NCBI GenBank assembly: GCA_031274415.1
Contig: JAISQD010000054.1
Coordinates: forward strand, 1,691 to 65,690
Reading direction: 5' to 3'
Source: Tannerellaceae bacterium
GTDB lineage: Bacteria > Bacteroidota > Bacteroidia > Bacteroidales > Tannerellaceae
DNA: 64,000 bases
The notes under the pieces are model-generated. The model was not told the origin of the DNA. It did no database searches and saw nothing but the letters and a program-made list of their open reading frames with translations. Positions within the stretch are counted from its first letter, which is position 1; each line of letters opens with the position of its first letter. The position numbers were made by a program, and so were the translations under genes. Shown one piece after another: positions 56,574 to 64,000 of the stretch.

Positions 56574-59408
56574 ATGGAATACAATTTCAGGGAGATTGAA
56601 AAGAGGTGGCAGGCCTATTGGACAGGCCATCAGGTGTACAGGGTGACGGAAGATGAGAGCAAGCCGAAATACTATGTGTTGGATATGTTTCCATATCCAT
56701 CGGGCGCAGGGCTGCATGTGGGGCATCCGCTCGGATATATCGCCTCTGATATTTATTCCCGTTTCAAACGGTTATGCGGTTTCAATGTCCTGCATCCGAT
56801 GGGGTATGACGCCTACGGACTGCCCGCCGAACAATATGCGATACAAACAGGGCAACATCCTTATATTACGACGAAAAAAAATATCGAACGCTATCGCGAA
56901 CAGTTGGATAAGATCGGCTTCTCGTTCGACTGGAGCCGCGAGATACGGACGTGCGACCCCGGATATTACAAATGGACGCAATGGGCCTTTATCCGCATGT
57001 TCCACAGCTATTATTGCTATGACGCGGGGCAAGCCAGGCCTATCGAAGAGCTGATAGAGGCCTTTGAACAGACTGGTAGCGGAGGCGGGCTGAATGTCGC
57101 CTGCGGAGAGGAATACACCTTTACGGCTGAAGAGTGGAAAGCGAAAAGCGATCGCGAAAAAGAGGAGATCCTGCTGAATTACCGCATTGCCTATCTGGGC
57201 GATACGATGGTCAACTGGTGTCCCGCCCTGGGGACGGTACTGGCCAACGACGAAGTGGTCAACGGCTTGTCCGAACGGGGAGGCCATCCGGTGGAACAGA
57301 AGGTGATGCGCCAATGGTGCCTGCGCGTGTCGGCCTACGCCGAGCGGCTGTTGGACGACCTGGAAACCGTCGACTGGACGGAGTCGCTAAAAGAGACGCA
57401 AAGAAACTGGATCGGGAGAAGCGAGGGGGCGGAGATGACGTTCCGCTCCGGAGAACAAACATTTACCATCTTCACGACCCGTCCCGACACGATCTACGGC
57501 GTGACCTTTATGGTCTTAGCCCCCGAAAGCAGCCTGGTCGACAGCCTCACGACCACCGGTCAGCGCGAAGAGGTGGACAGATACCTGGCGGCGACGAAGA
57601 AAAAGACCGAGCGTGAACGTATAGCCGACCGGAAAGTCACCGGCGTCTTCTCCGGCTCCTACGCCGTTAACCCGGTGACGAACGAAGAGATCCCTGTATG
57701 GATCAGCGATTACGTGTTGGCCGGCTATGGAACGGGCGCGATTATGGCCGTACCCGGGCATGACAGTCGCGACTACGCTTTTGCCCGCCATTTCAATCTC
57801 CCCATTATTCCCCTGATCGAAGGGTGTGATATTTCGGAAGAGAGTTTCGACGCCAAAGAGGGGAAGATGATGAACTCGCCCCGGAAAGGAAAAGAGAGAC
57901 CGGGCGGCTTAGTATTGAACGGCTTGGAGGTCAAGGAGGCAATCGCCCGTACGAAAGCCTATATGGAAGAAAACGGATTGGGCAAAGTGAAGGTCAATTA
58001 CCGCCTGCGCGACGCCATTTTCAGCCGTCAACGCTATTGGGGAGAGCCTTTTCCCATCTATTACGACGCCAACGGACTGCCGCAGACATTACCTCTGGAG
58101 GCGCTGCCTTTGGAGTTGCCGGAAGTCGGGCAGTTCCTCCCCACCGAAACGGGCGAACCACCGTTGGGACGCGCCGAAAAATGGGCATGGGACAGCGTAA
58201 ATAACCAGGTGACGGAAACCGCCAGGATAGACTATACCACCATTTTCCCGCTTGAATTGAACACCATGCCGGGATTCGCCGGTTCGTCCGCCTACTATCT
58301 GCACTACATGGAACCCTATAACAAAAAGGAGCTGGTATCCAAACGCGCGGACGAATACTGGCGGAACGTCGACCTGTATATCGGCGGAACGGAACATGCC
58401 ACAGGGCACTTGATATATAGCCGTTTCTGGAACAAATTCCTGTACGACACCGGGGTATCTTGCGTCGCCGAGCCGTTCAAAAAACTGATCAACCAGGGGA
58501 TGATACAGGGACGTTCCAATTTTGTATACCGGATCAACGAAACAAATACATTTGTCTCCTTCAACCTGAAAGAGGGCTATGACGTGACGCCCCTGCATGT
58601 GGATGTGAATATTGTCAGCAACGATGTGCTGGATATCGACGCTTTCCGCCGCTGGCGTCCGGAGTACGAACAGGCCGAATTTATCCTGGAAGAGGGAAAA
58701 TACGTGTGCGGATGGGCGGTTGAAAAGATGTCGAAGTCCATGTTTAACGTGGTCAACCCCGATGATATCGTCGAAAAATACGGAGCCGATACGCTGCGCC
58801 TGTATGAGATGTTTTTAGGCCCGTTGGAGCAATCCAAGCCTTGGGATACGAACGGTATTGACGGCGTCCACCGCTTCCTGAAAAAGCTCCTCGCCCTCTT
58901 CTACGGCCATACGGAAACCCTTCAGGTCACGGATCAGGAACCCGTGGCGGAAGAGTTGAAGTCGCTGCACAAGCTGATTAAAAAAATAACGTTCGATATC
59001 GAACATTTCTCGTTCAATACCTCCGTAAGCGCCTTTATGATTTGTGTGAACGAATTGACCACCCTGAAGTGCAACAAACGGTCTATCCTCGAACCGCTTC
59101 TCGTTGTCCTCTCGCCCTTTGCCCCCCATATCACGGAAGAGCTGTGGCATGAATTGGAGAAGGAAGCGACGATTCTTGATGCCGTCTGGCCGGAGCATAA
59201 CGAAGCGTACCTCCGCGAAGATGTTGCCACTTATGTGGTCTCTTTCAACGGCAAAGCCCGTTTCAGTATGGAATTACCGGCGGAAATGGCGCATGACGCG
59301 ATCGAGCAGGCCGCCCTTACCCACGTAAGCGCTCAGAAATGGCTGGAAGGTAAAACGCCGAAAAAAATCATCATTGTCCCGAAGAAAATCGTTAATATTG
59401 TCATTTAA
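56574..59408 (+). CDS. leuS: Leucine--tRNA ligase
   Basis: [49 protein letters not shown]. Confidence 0.99.
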   Translation: MEYNFREIEKRWQAYWTGHQVYRVTEDESKPKYYVLDMFPYPSGAGLHVGHPLGYIASDIYSRFKRLCGFNVLHPMGYDAYGLPAEQYAIQTGQHPYITTKKNIERYREQLDKIGFSFDWSREIRTCDPGYYKWTQWAFIRMFHSYYCYDAGQARPIEELIEAFEQTGSGGGLNVACGEEYTFTAEEWKAKSDREKEEILLNYRIAYLGDTMVNWCPALGTVLANDEVVNGLSERGGHPVEQKVMRQWCLRVSAYAERLLDDLETVDWTESLKETQRNWIGRSEGAEMTFRSGEQTFTIFTTRPDTIYGVTFMVLAPESSLVDSLTTTGQREEVDRYLAATKKKTERERIADRKVTGVFSGSYAVNPVTNEEIPVWISDYVLAGYGTGAIMAVPGHDSRDYAFARHFNLPIIPLIEGCDISEESFDAKEGKMMNSPRKGKERPGGLVLNGLEVKEAIARTKAYMEENGLGKVKVNYRLRDAIFSRQRYWGEPFPIYYDANGLPQTLPLEALPLELPEVGQFLPTETGEPPLGRAEKWAWDSVNNQVTETARIDYTTIFPLELNTMPGFAGSSAYYLHYMEPYNKKELVSKRADEYWRNVDLYIGGTEHATGHLIYSRFWNKFLYDTGVSCVAEPFKKLINQGMIQGRSNFVYRINETNTFVSFNLKEGYDVTPLHVDVNIVSNDVLDIDAFRRWRPEYEQAEFILEEGKYVCGWAVEKMSKSMFNVVNPDDIVEKYGADTLRLYEMFLGPLEQSKPWDTNGIDGVHRFLKKLLALFYGHTETLQVTDQEPVAEELKSLHKLIKKITFDIEHFSFNTSVSAFMICVNELTTLKCNKRSILEPLLVVLSPFAPHITEELWHELEKEATILDAVWPEHNEAYLREDVATYVVSFNGKARFSMELPAEMAHDAIEQAALTHVSAQKWLEGKTPKKIIIVPKKIVNIVI

Positions 59409-60283
59409 TGGTTGCAAACAAGATACAAAAAGCCTATTTTTCCATTCAGGATTACCTGGTGATCTTTGCCGGAACGGCGTTGTACGGTTTCGGATTCAAT
59501 GGGTTTATCCTGTCGAACGGAATCGTCACCGGAGGCGTAAGCGGGATCAGCGCATTGATATTCTTTGCCACGTCCATTCCCGTTTCTGTCTCTTACCTTG
59601 TCATTAATATCGTTTTACTGGCCATCGCCTTTAAAATACTGGGATTAAAATTCCTGGTTAAAACGATATTCGGCGTGATCTCCCTCTCTCTTTCCCTTTC
59701 GTTTTTTGAATGGTTGCTGCATGGCGTGCCCATCATCAAAGACCAGGTTTTCATGTCTATTATACTCGGAGCAGTGATATGCGGTACAGGGCTGGGACTT
59801 ATTTTTTCGGCGAACGGGAGTACGGGAGGAACGGATATTTTAGCGGCTATTATCAACAAATACAAAAACGTATCCATCGGTACGGGGTTGTTGTTGTTCG
59901 ATTTTGTCATCATCAGCTCTTCCTACCTGTTGTTCCACAATGTAGACAAAATTGTGTTCGGCTTTGTTGAGATGGTGATCAGCAATTATATGCTGGACAA
60001 GATCATCAACGGAAACCGGCAATCGGTTCAGTTCCTGATCTTTTCACAAAAGTATGATGAGATAACCGAACGTATCCTGAAAGATCTGGGGCGCGGTTGT
60101 ACGTTGCTGGATGGTGTAGGGGGGTATTCCCAAAAACCGACTAAAGTCGTTGTTTTATTAGCCAAGAAATCCGAATCCCTGATGATCTTCCGTTTAATAA
60201 AAGAGGTGGATAATCAGGCATTCATCTCCCAAAGTATTGTACGGGGCGTATACGGCGAAGGATTTGACCAGATCAAGACATAA
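59408..60283 (+). CDS. YitT-family membrane protein
   Basis: TGGVSG, GSTGGTDI, RGCT, AFI...VYGEGF. Confidence 0.92.
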   Translation: MVANKIQKAYFSIQDYLVIFAGTALYGFGFNGFILSNGIVTGGVSGISALIFFATSIPVSVSYLVINIVLLAIAFKILGLKFLVKTIFGVISLSLSLSFFEWLLHGVPIIKDQVFMSIILGAVICGTGLGLIFSANGSTGGTDILAAIINKYKNVSIGTGLLLFDFVIISSSYLLFHNVDKIVFGFVEMVISNYMLDKIINGNRQSVQFLIFSQKYDEITERILKDLGRGCTLLDGVGGYSQKPTKVVVLLAKKSESLMIFRLIKEVDNQAFISQSIVRGVYGEGFDQIKT

Positions 60284-60307
60284 ACTTTTTTATCCGACGA
60301 TAAGCAT

Positions 60308-60892
60308 ATGAAATTAGTCTTTACAACCCACAACAGGCATAAGCTCGACGAGGTACGGCAAATCCTGTCCGGAAAGATCGAACTGGTATCCCTTGACGAG
60401 ATCAACTGTTTTGACGACATTCCCGAAACAGCCTCTACACTGGAAGGTAACGCCCTGCTGAAAGCCCGTTACGTCAAAGAGAAGTACGGATACGACTGTT
60501 TTGCAGACGATACGGGGCTGGAGGTCGAAGCATTGGACAATGCTCCGGGTGTCTATTCGGCGCGTTATGCCGGCGATGCGCAGGATGCGGAAGCCAATAT
60601 GAACCGCCTGTTGGACAACATGCAAGGGAAGGAAAACAGGAATGCCCGCTTTCGTACGGTGATAGCGCTAATTCTGGATAACAACGAATACCTGTTTGAA
60701 GGGATCATCAACGGCACGATCATCACCGGAAAGCGTGGCACGGCCGGTTTCGGTTATGACCCGGTCTTTATTCCCGACCGGTATACAAAAACATTTGCCG
60801 AGTTGGGAGACGACATCAAGAACAGCATCAGCCACCGTTCGCAGGCTGTTGAGAAGTTAGCGGCATTTCTACAGGACAAGAAAATAGACTAA
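60308..60892 (+). CDS. rdgB: Non-canonical purine NTP pyrophosphatase (Ham1/RdgB)
   Basis: [33 protein letters not shown]. Confidence 0.96.
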   Translation: MKLVFTTHNRHKLDEVRQILSGKIELVSLDEINCFDDIPETASTLEGNALLKARYVKEKYGYDCFADDTGLEVEALDNAPGVYSARYAGDAQDAEANMNRLLDNMQGKENRNARFRTVIALILDNNEYLFEGIINGTIITGKRGTAGFGYDPVFIPDRYTKTFAELGDDIKNSISHRSQAVEKLAAFLQDKKID

Positions 60893-60904
60893 TACAGATC
60901 GCGT

Positions 60905-63205
60905 ATGAAACGGTTATTTATCCTATTTCTACTGTTTGCACTGCATAGCCATCGCGTACCGGCTCAGCATTCTTTTGCGAAATGGACCATTCATTTTTCC
61001 TATTTCAGTACGGATATGGTGGAAGAAAGCCCTCAAAAAGTATATGCCGTTGCCGAAGGGGCACTGTTTTCCTACGGTAAAGAGGACAGAAGCATAGAGA
61101 CGTATGACAAAAAAAACGGGTTAAGCGACTGTGAAATCCGTTTCATCAGGTATAATAAACAGACCAAATCACTGTTGATTATCTACCGTAACGGCCATAT
61201 CGACCTGCTGAAAGAAAATGGCATCGTCAATATCCCGGATCTTTACACCAATACCTCTATCCGGAATAAAGAGGTGAACGCCGTCTTTATTCACAACGAA
61301 TACGCTTACATATCAACCGCTTTCGGTATTATAGCCTTGGATATGAACCGAGAAGAAATCCCTGAAACCTATCATCTTTCGGTCAATACCACCTCCTGCT
61401 GCATCATCGGCCAGAGCATCTATGCCGCCACCGCCGATGGCATCCTGCAAGGTGAAATGACCGACAATTTGCTGGACAGGAACAATTGGAAAACGTACGC
61501 CCTGTCCACTTCGCTGTTCGACACCAAAGCGGTAAACGACCTGTTTGTCTTTGATGGCACACTATGCTTTTTCGTCAAAAACAGGGGCATTTACTATATG
61601 AACAACCAGACGGCCACCACGCTCTTGTCCAACAATACCCTGTCGGCCGTCAAACTGACCAACGACCGATTAATCGCCATAGCCCCCTCGCGGTTTTATC
61701 TCTTTCCGAATATCAAAGACTATGACCTGGTGACAGATATCAGCATCAACGACATATCATCCTATACGAACGATACCTACTGGATCGCCGAGGGAAGCAA
61801 TGGGCTGAAACAGATCGCAAAAGGATCTACGGGCGCGTACGGCACGATCACCGAATCCATCCTGTTAAACGGGCCGCGAATCAATTCACCCTACAAAATG
61901 ATCTGTACGCCGTCGAAACTGTATGTCATTGCAGGAGGAAAAACAGCGTCAGGAGTACGGTTCGGTTTATCCGGCATGCTGATGATGTACGACTACGAAA
62001 AATGGACGTTCATCGACCATACGCCTGCGATGGAAGCATTCGGCATGCAGATAAGGGATTACCTGAGTATCGCGATCCACCCGGATGACCCTGAAAACCT
62101 GTTTATCTCCTCTTTTGGGGAAGGGGTGGTCGAATTTAAAAACAACCTGCCCGTCCAGTTATACAATTACAAAAACAGCGCCCTCCAGACCATCCTCAAA
62201 GACAATTTACACTATCATTTCATCGACGGACTGTGTTATGACAAGCAGGGAAATCTGTGGATGACCAATTCGGAAGTCAGCCACGCCATCAAAGTATTGG
62301 ATAAAGAGGGACAATGGCACAGCCTGTTCGTCGAATCGTTAGATACAAAATATACGATCAACGATATCCTCATCACGGCGGATAACTACAAATGGATCAA
62401 TATACCACGCGTCACATCCGGTATCGCCATATTGGACGATAAGGGCACGTTGGACGACCCCGATGATACATCCGTATTCTATAATTCGTTCAAAGACACG
62501 GACGGCAACGATTTTTCGTCTACCGGATATACCTGTATGGCAGAAGATAAGAACAACTATGTATGGGTAGGGACGAACAGGGGGCCTGTCTGTTTTATGA
62601 ATCCCAGCCGCGCCTTTGACACGTCAAACTTCCGTTGTTCGCGCATTAAATTAACAAACGACGAGGGTTCGCTTTACTATTTCCTCGACAACGTGCGGAT
62701 CACATGCATCACCGTCGACAGCGGAAACAGGAAATGGATCGGCACGGAAAGCAATGGCGTATACGTATTGAATGAGAGTAACGATGGGATTGTCTATGAG
62801 TTCAATACGACAAATAGCCCGCTCCTGTCCGACCATATCTACTCCATCGCGACAAACAACCAAACAGGAGAGGTTTTTATCGGGACGGACAAAGGATTAG
62901 TCTCCTATAAAGGCGATGCGACGGAGGGAAAACCTGATTTTTCGGACGTCTATGTCTTCCCCAATCCCGTCCGTCCGGAATTTGACGAACATGTCACCAT
63001 CACGGGACTGATGGACAATACACAGGTCAAAATAACCGACCTGAACGGGAACATCATCTACCAAACCAAATCCACCGGAGGGCAGGTGACGTGGAATGTC
63101 CGTAACCGTTCGGGAAATCGCGTGGCAAGCGGGGTTTACCTCGTCTTGGGCGCAACGGAAAACAGTTCGGAAAGTGTGGTCACCAAAATTGCCGTTGTCA
63201 ATTAA
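60905..63205 (+). CDS. porZ: Type IX secretion system PorZ-like beta-propeller protein
   Basis: W..HFSY N-terminus, two-component-regulator propeller repeats (DSGNRKWIGT, NSPLLSD), VYVFPNPVRP...SGVYLV T9SS CTD. Confidence 0.85.
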   Translation: MKRLFILFLLFALHSHRVPAQHSFAKWTIHFSYFSTDMVEESPQKVYAVAEGALFSYGKEDRSIETYDKKNGLSDCEIRFIRYNKQTKSLLIIYRNGHIDLLKENGIVNIPDLYTNTSIRNKEVNAVFIHNEYAYISTAFGIIALDMNREEIPETYHLSVNTTSCCIIGQSIYAATADGILQGEMTDNLLDRNNWKTYALSTSLFDTKAVNDLFVFDGTLCFFVKNRGIYYMNNQTATTLLSNNTLSAVKLTNDRLIAIAPSRFYLFPNIKDYDLVTDISINDISSYTNDTYWIAEGSNGLKQIAKGSTGAYGTITESILLNGPRINSPYKMICTPSKLYVIAGGKTASGVRFGLSGMLMMYDYEKWTFIDHTPAMEAFGMQIRDYLSIAIHPDDPENLFISSFGEGVVEFKNNLPVQLYNYKNSALQTILKDNLHYHFIDGLCYDKQGNLWMTNSEVSHAIKVLDKEGQWHSLFVESLDTKYTINDILITADNYKWINIPRVTSGIAILDDKGTLDDPDDTSVFYNSFKDTDGNDFSSTGYTCMAEDKNNYVWVGTNRGPVCFMNPSRAFDTSNFRCSRIKLTNDEGSLYYFLDNVRITCITVDSGNRKWIGTESNGVYVLNESNDGIVYEFNTTNSPLLSDHIYSIATNNQTGEVFIGTDKGLVSYKGDATEGKPDFSDVYVFPNPVRPEFDEHVTITGLMDNTQVKITDLNGNIIYQTKSTGGQVTWNVRNRSGNRVASGVYLVLGATENSSESVVTKIAVVN

Positions 63206-63218
63206 CCCTACATGACGC

Positions 63219-64000
63219 ATGCTGATAAAAGAAGAAACCTTCGCCATAATAAAAGAGAAAAATAACTTCAACTTTATCCGTTTCTTTTTAGCTTACTCCG
63301 TTATGTTCAACCATTTCAGTACGTTGACGGAAACAGAGCCTTTCTGGTTGGTCAGCGGGGGATTCAGGGTAAAGGGGTTTTTTGTGGTCAGCGGTTTCCT
63401 TGTCATGCTCAGTTACCTGCGTACACAAGGTGTGAAAGCCTTTTTCCGAAAACGTTTCCAACGCATCATGCCTGCCTACGCACTGACCATTATCCTGTGC
63501 GCCTTATCGGGCGTGCTGATCTCCAATCTGCCTGCCGCCGATTATTTCACCTCCCGCGAACTGTATACCTACATCATATCAAATATATTGACCCTCAATT
63601 TCCTGCACCCTACGCTTCCCGGCGTATTTGAAACAAACGCCTTTCAGGCGGTGAACGGCTCTTTGTGGACAATCAAGGTGGAAATGATGCTTTACCTGAC
63701 GATACCTCTTCTCTTCCATTTATTGGTCAGGTACAAAAAATCAATCGTTTTGATTGTGGTTTACCTCCTGTCTTTTGCGTATACCTGTACGTTTGATTAC
63801 CTGCATGATGCAACCGGTAGTGCCACCTATGAATTTCTGAAAAGGCAATTTCCCGGACAGATGACCTATTTTTGTTCCGGTATTATCCTGTTGGTGTATT
63901 TCGATACGTTCCGCAAGTACATACGCTACGTCTTTCCTGCCAGCATTCTCCTCCTTATACTCAACCATTACAGCACGCTTTTCCATATCGTCGAACCTAT
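63219..64000 (+). CDS. Acyltransferase family 3 (OafA-like), truncated by the window end
   Basis: Read directly from the DNA: MLIKEETF...NNFNFIRFFLAYSVMFNH, FFVVSGFLV, KRFQRIMPAY, VNGSLWTIKVE; absent from the ORF track because there is no stop codon in the window. Confidence 0.9.
   Translation, partial: MLIKEETFAIIKEKNNFNFIRFFLAYSVMFNHFSTLTETEPFWLVSGGFRVKGFFVVSGFLVMLSYLRTQGVKAFFRKRFQRIMPAYALTIILCALSGVLISNLPAADYFTSRELYTYIISNILTLNFLHPTLPGVFETNAFQAVNGSLWTIKVEMMLYLTIPLLFHLLVRYKKSIVLIVVYLLSFAYTCTFDYLHDATGSATYEFLKRQFPGQMTYFCSGIILLVYFDTFRKYIRYVFPASILLLILNHYSTLFHIVEP

Noticed and set aside
63741-63986. 81-aa minus-strand ORF
   Set aside because: It is antisense to the acyltransferase-3 gene that runs off the window end.

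Overview
A 64-kb chromosomal window from a Bacteroidales bacterium, probably Parabacteroides/Tannerellaceae-like. This is inferred from SusC/SusD, the T9SS genes porU/porV/porZ, TAnnTTTG promoters, cydAB and oadGAB. The backbone is housekeeping: an LPS-core glycosyltransferase/kinase cluster, dprA, a U32 peptidase, mutS, a SpoU methylase, porU-porV-ispF, cydAB, rnz, DUF349, oxaloacetate decarboxylase and leuS-yitT-rdgB-porZ. Accessory or unusual blocks are: a LytS/LytTR operon next to periodic repeats, a ~310-bp palindrome and a PIN toxin-antitoxin pair (0.4-4.4 kb); a non-glycan SusCD locus with two Tat-exported enzymes (11.9-18.4 kb); a sigma-less partner-switching cluster with a His-less pseudokinase (24-28 kb); a candidate oriC (33 kb); and a candidate sRNA (43.4 kb). 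The most notable block is an AT-rich three-gene island between oadG and leuS (54.1-56.3 kb). It encodes a bacterial gasdermin-like protein, a 78-aa protein and a protein resembling a papain/C39-like peptidase family that seems to have lost its catalytic core, and it is a candidate gasdermin-based anti-phage cell-death system. All family assignments come from motif recognition by eye; no database searches were run.
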